A DNA stretch of 64,000 bases from assembly GCF_963921235.1 (NCBI RefSeq), contig NC_086108.1, forward strand, positions 20,832,001-20,896,000, in the 5' to 3' direction. This stretch comes from Mobula hypostoma. Its lineage: Eukaryota. Below the pieces are notes generated by a model that saw only the letters and a program-made list of their open reading frames with translations, was not told the origin of the DNA and made no database searches. A program made the position numbers and the translations under genes. Positions 24,501 to 36,565 of this stretch are shown piece by piece (positions within the stretch are counted from its first letter, which is position 1; each line of letters starts with the position of its first letter).

Positions 24501-25850
24501 CATTCTAGTTTAAAGTCTCCCCAGTAGCCTTCACAAATCGCCCCGCCAAAATATTGGTCCCCCTAGGATTCAAGTGCAACCTGTCCTTTTTGTACAGGTC
24601 ACAGCTGCGCCAAAAGAGGTCCCAATGATCAAGAAACTTGAATCCCTGCCCTCTGCTCCAATCCCTCAGCAACGCATTTGTCCTCCACCTCATTGCATTC
24701 CTACTCTCACTGTCGTGTGGCACAGGCAGTAATCCCGAGATTACTACCTTTGTGGTCCTTCTTCTCAACTCCCTTCCTAACTCCCTATATTCTCCTTTCA
24801 GGATCTCTTCCCTTTTCCTACCTATGTCATTGGTACCTGTATGTACCACAACCTCTGGCTCCTCACCCTCCTACTTCAGGATATCTTGGATGCGATCAGA
24901 AACATCCCAGACCCTGGCACCAGGGAGGCAAACTACCATCTGGGTCTCCTGACTGCGTCCACAGAATTGCCTATCTGACCCCCTATCGAGTCCCCTATTA
25001 CTACAGCCCTCCTCTTCCTTTCCCTACCCTTCTGAGCTACAGGGCCGGACTCTGTGCCAGAGGCACAGCCACTGTTGCTTCCCCCAGTTAGGCTGTCCCC
25101 CCACAACAGTACTCAAACAGGAGTACTTATTGTTAAGGGGCATAGCCACTGGGTACTCTCTAGTACCTGATACTTCCCCTTCCCCCTCCTAACTGTGACC
25201 CACTTGTCTGCCTCCCATGGCCCTGGTGTGACCACCTGCCTGTAACTCCTCACTCTCCCTGAACAGATGAATGTCATCAAGCTGCAGTTCCAGTTCCCTA
25301 GTACGGTCCTTTAGGAGCTGCAGTTCGGTGCAACTGACGCAGATGTGGACATCTGGGAGGCTGCCCTCACACTCATACTTCCCCCTTTCCTCAAATAACA
25401 GGGAAAATTGAAAACCAAACCTACTTTGCCTCATCCGTTTCTGCCTAAGCCCGTTGAGCCAAAGCCCTTAAGCATTCACTCTGCTCCCGGCTCGCTCCGC
25501 AGCCCGCAAAACGACGCTGCCCGCTGTATACGGCTGTGTTCCTTTTAAATCTTCTGTACTTCACTGCCCGACGTCACACGCCTGCACAGTCCTGCCTCTC
25601 ATAACTCCGATGAGAAAAAGAAAAAGTCAAAATGGCTTCTACTGCACTCCCACTCCGATTCTCAGACTTCCTTCTCCGAATTAAACCCGAATCAGGATTT
25701 CTGACCTTTTAAATCTTCTGCGCTTCACTGCCCAGCGTCACACACCTGTGCAGTCCCGCCTCTCTTAACTCCGATGAGAAAAAGAAAAAATCAAAATGGC
25801 TTCCGCCGCACTCCTGCTCCGATTCTCAGACTTCCTTCTCTGAATCTCTT
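21513..25850 (-). mobile_element. Near full-length CR1 LINE (5' UTR, ORF1 esterase, ORF2 APE-RT), defective
   Basis: ORF1 C..C zinc finger and VH.GTNDIG..LHLN. ORF2 YFNARS, ETWL, GSSDHN, KSPGPD, FNADKC, LEYCVQFW. (TTATATGG) tail at ~21515. Confidence 0.93.
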
Positions 25851-26444
25851 GCTCCAACAGAATGCCAATATTCTCAACTGTCTGGAAAAATTTGACTAGG
25901 GTCGATCAAAAGACACAACAGACCACAGATGCTGGAATCTCAAGCAACAAGCAATCTGCTAGACGAACACAGCAGGTCAAGCAGCAACAACCCACTAGGC
26001 TCCTCCGGCAGATAGTTTTTGGCTCTGGAGAAGTTATGGATTTCAGTAATAACTACAGCCTTCCCATGTATAACTGGAGGCAATTTTGCTTGCCCAATAT
26101 TGGATGTGAAACAAGTAGCATTACAAATAAATAGCAGTTGAAAGCAGTAGTAAGAAATAAAAATGCACATTGTCAGCATTTATTTGGAAACAAATATATT
26201 TTCAAATGATGGGCATTGTGCAACAGGTAAATAGGAGAGGGTCAAGGAGAAAGTGAAGAATAATCCTTGGGGAAAATTGCACAGATGACAATATTGCCTA
26301 CTCAGTTGTTCCAACACATTCTCTTTGAATGTATGTTAGCCCTCTATAGCAGCTCGCTTGCCATAATCTTGAGTTACAATTAGAACAATGTTATCTTTGC
26401 ACTCAAATGCAAATCACTTCTCTACAATCCAAGAGAACTATATT

Positions 26445-27169
26445 TGTCAAGTCAAACTAGAGTTTCTAGAAAGTATTGGGACCTAGAGGCAAAAGAAAAT
26501 AAAATTTAAAAGTAATAGCAAGAATCCACTGATAGACCGGATGGAACCCGCTGCCTGGGTGCTGCTTTTGCCCGGAACATCGGGAGGACCCGGCAGCATC
26601 ACAGCGGCAGTCCGGGAACAGCGTTGGAATCTGCGGTAAGATGCTGAACTTTAAATAATTTTAGAGACTGTTTCATGGAAAAGAGTACTGCTGTCACTGC
26701 GTTTTGGGTCAGTGCGAGCTTCGCGTCACGGGGATCATCGCACGCAGGTGCTTCTGGGAAATGGCACGAGGTTTAAGAAGAGCTCAGGAACCTTTGGGAA
26801 CGCACGCCCGGTTTGAAAACATAACAGTCGATTAGGGAGCGGAGAGGTGCAGGTCGAATCCGTCTACAAAGTCCGCAGAGGTACCCAGTTTTTTCACCTA
26901 ATAACTAATAACTTATAACTTATGACTAGTGTCCAAGCAACTACTGTCTAGTGAATAATGTCTAATGACTAGCGACCAATGTCCAAGAGCTAATGGTTGA
27001 TGGAACTAATCAAACTGCCGCACTTGCGAAAAATAAAATGAGGAAAAAGGAAAAGTTGTTTGGTCATTGAGTCGAATCTAGTTAAAAAACCTTCGCGTAG
27101 ATGCATTCAATCCCTTTCAAGTGGGGAAGCTGCGCATGTTCAAAGAACAAAAAGAAGTCCAACTTGACA
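26445..27169 (+). repeat. BEL 5' LTR
   Basis: Direct repeat of 33944-34675; Inr-like CCAGTTT at 26885 and AATAAA at 27032. Confidence 0.95.
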
Positions 27170-27182
27170 GTGAAAAAACTGG
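27170..27182 (+). promoter_or_regulatory. Putative self-priming primer-binding site (GTGAAAAAACTGG)
   Basis: Exact reverse complement of LTR 26885-26897; no TGG-initiated tRNA-type PBS abuts the LTR. Confidence 0.7.
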
Positions 27183-28823
27183 TTGACCAGAAAACTGGAG
27201 AACCAGGAAACAGCAGGAGCAATAACCTTGAATCCTGAAAAGGAAGAAAATCAAGTTAAAACAACATCAAAGCATCATTAAAAAGTTGTACTTACCTTCT
27301 CACCTGCGAACAGCCTGCAGAGGAAATCAAACATGGCTGATCAAGCTATTGGGAAATCAGTTGATCAACTCAAGGTAGAGCGAACAGCAAAAAGATTATT
27401 TTCTAGTCTGGTCAACAGCATTACCAGGACCTATGAAGACATGTCTGAAGAGGAGCTCAGAGTCAGTTTCAATAAACTCACAATACAAGCCAAGAAAGTC
27501 ATGGAAGCCAATGATGATGTGGAGGCCGGATTCACTACAGAAATGGAGGCGAAGCTGAACACAGAGGAAGTAGCTGTGTTGACTGAACAGCAAAAAGCCA
27601 ACCTGGCAAAGACGGCAAATGAGTGTGAGTTGAAACTAAAGGAGGTCATAAGCCTAATCCTGGAGACTCTTCGGACCAACTTTGGGAATGTTGAATTGTT
27701 CACAGCACTACAAGCAGCAGAGGATGAATGTGAAAGCGTCACTGCTATACAATCCGATGGCAACCAGGAGGCGTATGAGTTCATGCTTAACCACCTGCAA
27801 GGACTGGTAAAGACAGCAAAGAAGGTGCATGGTTGGTGGAAACGATGGATCCCGCCAGGGGATCAGAAGGACCTTCAGAGTCACCTAAAGGGGCTCAAAC
27901 TCCACATCCCCAAGTTGGTTTCCAAGAAGGCCCACTTCATATGGGCAAAGAGAAAGGAGGATGCTGAAAGACTAACACCCACGGCATTGGGCTTTTCCTC
28001 CAATTTTCCCACGCCAGCCATCAGATTGAAACCGATGGCCCTTCCCAAGTTTACTGGCAGCAAACGTGATTTTCACAGGTGGAGAAAGGACTGGGAAGCA
28101 CTCCAGAGGCAGGGAGAGCCGACCGGTTCAAGAGAGGTGAAAAAGGTTCAACTACTGGACAGTCTTGACGACAAAATCATAAGAAACCTTCATCACTACA
28201 TATAACACTGTAGATGACATTTTCCATGTACTAGAAAACCGCTATGGAAATCAAACGTGCATTGCTATTGAAATAGTGGAAGAGTTACAGAAAATGCCAG
28301 CTGTCAGAAATCATCAGTCACAGAAAATAGTGGAATTTATTCAAGCTGTGGAGAAGGCACTTCAAGACTTGAGTGACCTTGGACAAATGGATGCTATCAA
28401 AAATCCGCTGGTGACAAAATCAATTGAAAGTAAACTTCCTGAAACTCTCAAAAGGGAATGGCTGGTCTATGTCACTGACAGGAGAAATCCAGATAATTGG
28501 TTTGACAGTCTCTTGGAATTCCCCAAAGGGCAAGAGAGCATATATGAGCAGCTCGAGCAACTGAGAGATGAACAGCCAAGTAGAAGAGAAACCAGGGCTG
28601 AGCCAAGACATGCCAGAACCAAGTCTACCAAGTCAGGCAACAATCATGTAGGGTGTGTAGTCTGCGGTGAAGGAAAGCACAAAAGGAAGCTCTAGTTTTG
28701 CAAACAGTTTCAAACGCTAAAGCTACCAGAGAAAAAGGCTGCAGTAAGAAAGTTGGGAGCATGCAAGAGGTGTCTCGAGGTTCATGATGACAGTTCATAC
28801 TGCAAACCCACCTATCCATGTAA

Positions 28824-29321
28824 AACGCAAACACGAGGAAATCTGCAGATGCTGGAAATTCAAGCAACACACATCGAAGTTGCTGGTAAACACAGCAGGC
28901 CAGGCAGCATCTCTAGGAAGAGGTACAGTCGACGTTTTGGGCCGAGACCCTTCGTCAGGACTGACTGAAGGAAGAGCTAGTAAGAGATTTGAAAGTGGGA
29001 GGGGGAGGGGGAGATCCAAAATGATAGGAGAAGACCGGAGGGGGAGGGATGGAGCCAAGAGCTGGACAGTTGATTGGCAAAAGGGATATTAGAGGATCAT
29101 GGGACAGGAGGCCTAGGGATGTTGACGGCCTAGGAGGGCCATGAACATTGACTTCTCAAACTTCCGCTAATGCCCCACCTCACCCTCGTACCCATCTGTT
29201 ATTTATTTATATACACATTCTTTTTCTCTCTCTCTTTTTTTCCCTCTGTCCCTCTCACTATACCCCTTGCCCATCCTCTGGGTTTTCCCCCCCTCCCCTT
29301 TTTCCTTCTCCCTGGGCCTCC
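28824..29321 (-). mobile_element. Penelope 3' fragment with a 5' inversion, inserted in the BEL element
   Basis: Minus arm 28824-29117 and plus arm 29140-29321 match 15548-15994. Hammerhead motif at 28926-28963 (-). Confidence 0.9.
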
Positions 29322-31690
29322 CACCAAACAAACAGGATGGCATCAAGCTTCAGGAGTCAGGTACTTCAAGCACCAACCGGGACTTCCTAGAGTGGTGGAC
29401 GTGGGATAGTATTGGCGCAGCATGCAAGCCAAAATGTGGGGGTTGCCACTGCGGAAACTGCCAGCCAGGTGGCAAAGGAATGACTCTTGTTGAGGAGAGG
29501 GAACTTGGAAGTTGTAAGAAGAGGCCTCACCTATGTCACACGTGACTGCCACAGCAAGGAACCACATTGGCACGCCAGATATCCTTGGTTAGAAGATCCA
29601 GCTTCCCTGCCAAACAATAAAAGAACAGTGGAGGCTACATTTCTCAGGACGGAAAAGCACCTAGCCAAAGAATCTGAGTGGAAAGCTGCCTAACTGCTCA
29701 AGTGCATGACATGGTCCATCAAAGGGTTGCAATGAAATTATCCAAAGACACGGTCATCAACTGGAATGGGCCAGTCTGGTACATGAGTCACCTTATTGCT
29801 CCAAATCCACACTCTGTCACGACCCCAGTGAGACTCGTGTGGAACAGCAGCCAAAAGTTCAGAGGTGTGAGCTTGAACGACCTGCTAATGAAAGGGCCAG
29901 ATGTCCTCAACCAGATTCGTACTGTCCTACTCAGATTCAGAGGTGGAGTATACGCTGCTCTGGGTGACATAAAAAAGATGTACAATTCGGTTTGGTTGGA
30001 AGACCGAGAAGTGCACCTGCATAGATTCCTCTGGCGAGACTTCAAGGACGAGGAGCTGGGGGAAGGTGCAATCACGAGAGTGAACATTGGAGATAAACCA
30101 GCAGTGCGCATTGCGCAGCTCGCAATGCGTGAAACTGCCAACTTCCCTCCTTTCACCCACCTCAAAGAGGAGTGGCAGGTACTCCAACACGATAGCTACG
30201 TTGATGACATTCTCACATCCCACAACAACCTTGATCAGCTGAAATCCATCACAGCAAATTTGGAACAGATCCTGCAGGCCGGAGGTTTCGAGCTCAAGCC
30301 TTGGGTCTTTTCTGGGCAAAGTGGGAGGAAAGGGTGCAATGACAAGCTGGAGAAGTCCAAGGCAGAAACCATGGTCGCCAAACCAAATGCGTGATGATGA
30401 CAACAAGGCACTTGGCCTGGGCTACATAGTATAAGAGGACAAGCTCCATGTCATGATTGCAATCAATTTGTCGAAGAGAAAGAAAAAAATGAGACTTGGC
30501 CAAGACTTTCTACAAGAGCAAATCAAAGAACAGACGCCAAACCCCATGACACGAAGAGAACTGCTCAGCCAAGTATCAGGGCTGTATGACCCAGTTGACC
30601 TGGCAACTCCTGCTAAGCAGAAGGGAGCTATTCTGGTACGAAGGATGTTCCAAGAGGCAAAGGGCGAAAAGTGTCCAGTCAAAGACACATGGGACATAGC
30701 ACTCTCAGATGGCCTCAGAGAGGATGCAATTAAGCTCTTCAAGGAGTACGTTCAACTTGGCAAGGTAAAGTTCACCAGAGCACTGACTCCCCCATGCTTC
30801 ACTGAGGAACCCTGGGCAATCACGTTCTCTGGTGGAAGCGAGCACGCCTATGGAGCAGTGATGTATCTAAGGTGGAACTCAGACCAGGGCTCAGTCGTCA
30901 GGCTGGTGGAATCTAAAGCCAAATTAACTCCCTTGGATCACAAAGGTGATGCTGTCAAAGCAGAGATGTGTGGAGCAGTGTTTGCCTCATGCCTGAGAAA
31001 GTACTTTGAGCTGCATAGCCAAATCCAAGTTGGGAGGTGGTACCATTTCACTGATAGCCAGACAGTCTTTGGTGCAGTACAGTGGGAAAGCTATGGCTAT
31101 TAAACATTCTTTGCAAATAGGATCGGAGAGATTCAAAACAGCACAGGGATCCAGAACTGGCGGTGGATTCCTGATCTGCAAAATATTGCTGATGTAATCA
31201 CCATAGGAGCCAGCCCTCAAGACCTGGATGAAGACTCAGAGTGGCAAAATGGGCCAAAATTTTTGAGTTTCCCAATGAATGAGTGGCCAATGAAATCAGC
31301 CAAAGAACTAGCAGCCTCTGTCAGGGGAAGCATCAACAAGTTGCAAAAGGAGGCATTTGTTGCTGCTTTGACAAGGGCTAAGGCAAAGAAACAAGAACCA
31401 GCACAAAAACAGCACCAGGTCAAAACAGAACAATGGAGACTGCCTGCAGCATCAGCCATCCAAAGCCTTGTGGACATCAAGCGGTTCAGTGTTCTAACTT
31501 GACTAGTCAAAACAGCTGCATGGATCTGAAGAGCAGCAAAAAAATTCATTGGACAAAATCAAGCCGTGGACAGTCCAAAGTGGGAAGCAGTTTCTTTGAT
31601 AGGAGTCATCTCAGCAAGGGAATGAGAAGATGCTCTAAGAGACATTTTTCTAGCAGCACAAGAGGGCATAACCTTCCCAAGCACCACTAC

Positions 31691-32500
31691 CTAGTGCGCA
31701 TGCGCCGGTTGTGCATGCAGCCTGATACAGCCGTTCCAAACTATTCTTTTACTTCCTTCTTCTTACTTTTTAATTTACGTTATTTTTGTTTTTTTTTCTC
31801 ACGGTAACACGTCGAAGCTGCACCCTCTCTAACATGCTGGTAGAGAGAGTTTTATTTGGGTTTTCTTTAGCGTTGGAAATGGTTACATCCCAACACGCGG
31901 GACTGAAGCAAGGTGTCATTGTGTATTTCACGGACCAGCAAAGACCGGTCAGCTTAGCTAACAGAGCGGTGGACACCCCTGCTGAAATCCGGAGGAAAAC
32001 ACACAGAGGGGGATCACAAAGCCGAGGAAAGAGGGCCGGGTCGAGACAACAGAGTCTTTTGGAGAAGAGGAGTTCGGTGGGTAATACCGTTCTGGCTGAC
32101 CGGAAGTACACCGAGAGCGGTAAGCGTAAAGGAGTTTCATGCTTACTGCTCTGGTTAACAACGGATGGTGCAATCCGGAGTATATTACGATCGAGGAACG
32201 TGTTTGCAGACTGGATACCGAACTTTTTACTGTTGGACTTCGGCCACGTTCCACCGTGATACAACACGGGAGGTCGTTCCTGCCTGTGGCCATCGAACGT
32301 GCGGCTCCTCCCGTGAAGGGTCAGACACCCTGAGCCAATAGACTGGTCCGGGACTTATTTTCCATCTGGCATAGTTTGCATTTTGTTGTTTGATTGTTGG
32401 GGTTTTTTGTAGTGCTATATTTACGCTCTATTCTTGGTTGGTGCGGCTATAACAAAACCAAATTTCCCTCAGGATTAATAAAGTATATCTATCTATCTAT
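31691..32500 (+). mobile_element. Internally deleted Rex1-type LINE inserted in BEL pol
   Basis: RRKTHRG, ADR..ESGKRKG and LVNN.WCNP..ITI.ERVC..D.ELF.VGLRP (endonuclease) fused to RSFLPVAI (C-terminus). (ATCT)n tail; TSD CTAC. Confidence 0.8.
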
Positions 32501-33943
32501 CTACAGACAGGCTGGTAGTCTATAAAAACCAAGATTCTGGGCTGTTGGTTTGCAGTGGCCGAGTGCAAATCTTCAAAGAAGATCAAGTTGGTGTCCCCAT
32601 CTTGCCCTATGATACCTGGGTGTCCACACTGTTAACTCGGAAGGCCCACAATGGTAGTCATGACAGAGTGGCCGGAACCTTGCTCAAGATGAGAAGAAAG
32701 GCATGGGTCATAAGGGGAAGGAAAATTGCCCTAAAAGTTGTCGATAGCTGCATGCTCTTGAAGGAAGGCAAAAGCAAGGAAATGTCAACAAGTAATGGGT
32801 GACTTGCAGCTAGAAAGAAATGAACCTACTGCACTGTTCCAGTTCACAACAGTGGACCTCTTCGGACCCTACCAAGTAAAAGATGACGTCAAGAAAAGAG
32901 TAACACTGAAAGTCTGGGGAGCGGTCTTTTGTTGCATGGCCAGCAGAGCCATCCACACAGAGTTGGTAAACACCCTATCAACTGAAGGATTCCTGATGGC
33001 CTATCAAAGGTTCAGCGCAATCAGGGGACATCCAAGAAAGATCTGGTCAAATCCAGGCACCAATTTCATTGGAGAAACACCAGTCTTGGAAGAGCTGTAC
33101 AGAATTTTGGACGACCTGAACGAAGCAGCCTTGCAGGAGACCACAGCAAAAAAATGGAACGGAGTGGATGTGGAAAATCCATCCGCCTGATTCTCCACAC
33201 AGGAACGGTGCTGCAGAAGCCGCTGTACGCATTGTAAAGAGAGCGTTCCAGAGTCTTGGGAAGGAGTCTGGGCTCAGTTACAGTGAGTTCCAGACAACTC
33301 TTCACATATCAGCCAACCTTGCCAATGAGCGCCCAATTGGCGCCAGGGTACAGAGCCGGGAAGACTGTATTCAGTATGTCACACCCAACACTTTTCTACT
33401 CGGTCAAGCATCTCAAAGCGGGGATTTCAAAACCTTTGACTTTTCCAGTTACCCCTAAGAAAGACTCCGAGCAATGCAGTCAGAGGTGACCAAGTTCTGG
33501 AGGTGCTGGAGCCAACTCGCTGGTCCTAATTTGTTTGTCAGGAGCAAGTGGCATACTGCACAGAGAAACGTCACTGTTGGGGACATCGTCTGGTTAAGCA
33601 ACCAAAATGCACTGAGAGGACATTTCAAGCTTGGCAGAGTCCTCCAGACAGCAAAGGCATCGTGAGGGACGTCACCGTCAGGACCTTCCCAAGCTACAGT
33701 GTTCCTGTGACAAAAGCTCTGAAAATAACAACAAGACATCCAATCGCTGATAGGAAAAGAGACAGGATCCAAGCCACCATCCTTCACAGGGACGTCATGC
33801 GGCCGGTTGTCTTACTACCTGTTGAGGAACAGATGGAAAGTCAAGTCAACAATACATCGTAAGAACACCGAATTGGGACCACCAAGTTTGCCTTTGAAGC
33901 TGGCGATCTCCCCAGTGTTTCCATGGGAAGATCGAGTGGGGGG

Positions 33944-34675
33944 TGCCAAGTCAAACTAGAGTTTCTAGAAAGTATCGGGACCTAGAGGCAAAAGAAAATA
34001 AAATTTAAAAGTAATAGCAAGAATCCACTGATAGACCGGATGGAACCTGCTGCTTGAGTGCTGCTTCTGCCCGGAACATCGGGAGGACCCGGCAGCATCA
34101 CAGTGGCAGTCCGGGAACAGCGTTGGAATCTGCGGTAAGATGCTGAACTTTAAATAATTTTAGAGACTGTTTCATGGAACAGAATACTGCTGTCACTGCG
34201 TTTTGGGTCAGCACGAGCTTTGCATCACGGGGATCATCGCGCGCAGTCGCTTCTGGGAAATAGCGCGAGGTTTAAGAAGAGCTCAGGAACCTTCGGGAAC
34301 GCACGCCCGGTTTGAAAACATAACGGTCGATTAGGGAGCGGAGAGGTGCAGGTTGAATTCGTCTACAATGTCCGCAGGGGTAGCCAGTTTTTTCACCTAA
34401 TAACTAGTGACTTATGACTAGTGTCTAAGCGACTAGTGTCTAGTGACTAATTCTAATGTCTAATGACTAGTGACTAATGCCTAATAGCTAATGGTTGATG
34501 GAACTATTGAAATTATCAAACTGCCGCACTTGCGAAAAATAAAAGGAGGTAAAAGGAAAAGTTGTTTGGTTATTGAGTGGAATCTAGTTAAAAAACCTTC
34601 AGGTAGACGCATTCAATCCCCTTCAAGTGGGGAAGCTGCACATGTTCAAAGAACAAAAAGAAATCCGACTTGACA
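33944..34675 (+). repeat. BEL 3' LTR
   Basis: Direct repeat of 26445-27169, followed by TSD ATATT. Confidence 0.95.
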
Positions 34676-34935
34676 ATATTGCCTGAACTAAGTAATGCCA
34701 CTTTTTATTTTTTGTATGCAAAGTATAATATTCCCAGTCCTAACAGAGCATATTTCTATGAAATGAAAGATAAAATAAATTTAATTTTGATCTGAATTCA
34801 TTGCAAAATAAGGGCAATCACTAACTAAATGTGTAAAAGTCAATCTTCAAGTCTTATCTGTGAAAATAATCAGGAAGAATCCAAATTTATAGAAGTATAT
34901 CTGTACAGAACACCTGTAGACTTTAACAGCATATA

Positions 34936-36132
34936 CACTTAGTGGCCACTTTATTCGGTACATCCTGTATCTAATAAAGTGGCCACTAAGGGCATATCCA
35001 TTGTCTTCTGCTGCTGTAGCTCATCCACCTCAAGGTTTGACGTGTTGTGTGTTCAGAGATGCTCTTGTGCACACCATCTTTGTATTGCATGGTTACTTGA
35101 GTTACCGTTGCTGTCAGTCTGAACCAGTCTAGCCATTATACTCTGAGCTCTCTTATTAACAAGGCATTTTCACCCACAGAACTGCTGATCACTGGATTTA
35201 TTTTGTAGCATCTCTGTAAACTCTAGTGATTGTTATACATGAAAATCTGAGATCTCCAGTTTCTGAGATACTCAAACTGCTCCATCTGGCACCAATAATT
35301 ATTCCACAGTCAAAGTCACTTAGGTCACAGCAGCACGCGTGGCCACTTCGGTGGTGATGTCTGATAACTGTCAAGTAGGGGACCGTGCACAATTCTGATT
35401 TGATGGAGACAGATGTGAAGGAACATCTGGAAAACTTCTGAAATGCCCGCTTCGCTGCCACTGCTACTGTGTGGTAACCAGAATCTCCAGAGCTGAAGCC
35501 CCTGAAATCCTCAGCTTTGTGTATTTCAGCGGCTGGGGAGAGGTCGAAGGCGCTCGGCAGAGGATGGCACTCAGGAGGCTGTATTGGAGAGGCTGGTCGG
35601 AAGCTCGGAGTTTTCAGACGGATGGACTCAGTGTCGGCTGGGGTCGGCTGCTTCCAAGGTATCGGCAAGTTGACAGTGCCTAGAGGTTTATGCCAGGGAG
35701 TTTCTCCGTTTTGCCGCCTGCTATCAGGGACTCCGGAGTCAATCGACTTGGGACTTAGAGACTTTTTACTGTGCCCATGGTCTGTTCTTCATCAAATTAT
35801 GGTATTGCTTTGCACTGCTGTAACTATATGTTATAATTATGTGGTTCTAGCAGTGTTAGTCTTTGGTCTGTCCTGTTTTCTGTGACATCACTCCGGAGAA
35901 ACATTGTATCATTTCTTAATGCATGTATGCATTTCTAAATGACAATAAAAGAGGACCAAGTGTTCTCATAATCTAATCTAACATTTCTTCCCATTCTGTT
36001 GTTTAGTCTGAACAATAACATAACTTCTTGACCATGTCTGCATGCTTTTATGCACTCCGCCACATGTTTGGCTGATTGGATATGTACATTAACAAAATGT
36101 ACAGGTGTACCTAATAAAGTGGTCACTGAGTG
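34936..36132. mobile_element. Tc1/mariner-type MITE (same family as 3491-9884, opposite orientation)
   Basis: TA-CACTTAGTGGCCACTTTATT ... AATAAAGTGGTCACTGAGTG-TA. Confidence 0.88.
35330..35980 (+). mobile_element. SINE-like non-autonomous retroposon inside the MITE
   Basis: Interrupts the MITE consensus; ends AATGACAATAAA...(AATCT)n; possible 3-bp TSD ACA. Confidence 0.7.
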
Positions 36133-36363
36133 TATACAAGTATTTGTGCATATAATCAATAAAAGGTTCCATGAAATAACATTTAAGATACATTTTCTGT
36201 ATTCCAGAATAGTGATAACCAACCACTAACCTTAAAAATGAATTCTGTTTATCCTCTGTCCACAGTTGACTATTTCCAATATTCCGATTCCATTTAGTAC
36301 ATACTTTAAAATCTCTAGTTAGTATATTCTGTGTTGATCATAAATATGATTCCGAACACTTAC

Positions 36364-36456
36364 CGCCCATGTTTTTGTGAGCCTGAAGATGGGCGCACTC
36401 TGCAATCCGGACACGACAGCCATTAGCGCATGTAGGTTATTCATCTCATATAATTT
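36364..36456 (-). CDS. RALGPS2: RalGPS2 internal exon (RasGEF/CDC25 domain), 93 nt
   Basis: ttgtag|[31 protein letters not shown]|gtaagt, phase 0/0. Residues [13 protein letters not shown] match RALGPS2 rather than RALGPS1 as I recall the proteins. Confidence 0.93.
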
Positions 36457-36565
36457 CTACAATTGAGATGAGCGTACATTAGCTGTAAATAAAAATAAAA
36501 TCTAAATCTGATTAAGATAACTGAAATAATCAGTTATAGTACTACACTATAAGTCACTTACATAC

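Larger units (their letters stand above)
27333..33862 (+). pseudogene. BEL/Pao gag-pol polyprotein remnant
   Basis: LPKFTGSKRDFHRW; Cys knuckles; RT RLVWNSS..LNDLLMKGPD..GDIKKMY..YVDD; RNase H FS(G)GSEHAYG..SKAKLTPL; integrase H..H..C, VDLFGP, WS(N)PGTNF, NGAAEAAVRIVK. Confidence 0.93.
26445..34675 (+). mobile_element. BEL/Pao LTR retrotransposon with both LTRs, defective
   Basis: LTRs TG(T/C)CAAGTC...(A/G)ACTTGACA; perfect 5-bp TSD ATATT (26440-26444, 34676-34680); PPT at ~33925-33943; BEL-type gag-pol. Confidence 0.96.

Noticed and set aside
27180..27195. TGGTTGACCAG as a tRNA PBS for the BEL element
   Set aside because: It lies 10 nt from the LTR end and matches no vertebrate tRNA 3' end I know; a database check is still needed.
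1..36300. Nested ANGPTL1 gene, known to lie in a RALGPS2 intron in mammals
   Set aside because: No signal peptide, coiled-coil or fibrinogen-domain exons seen on the plus strand; it probably lies in a later intron outside the window.
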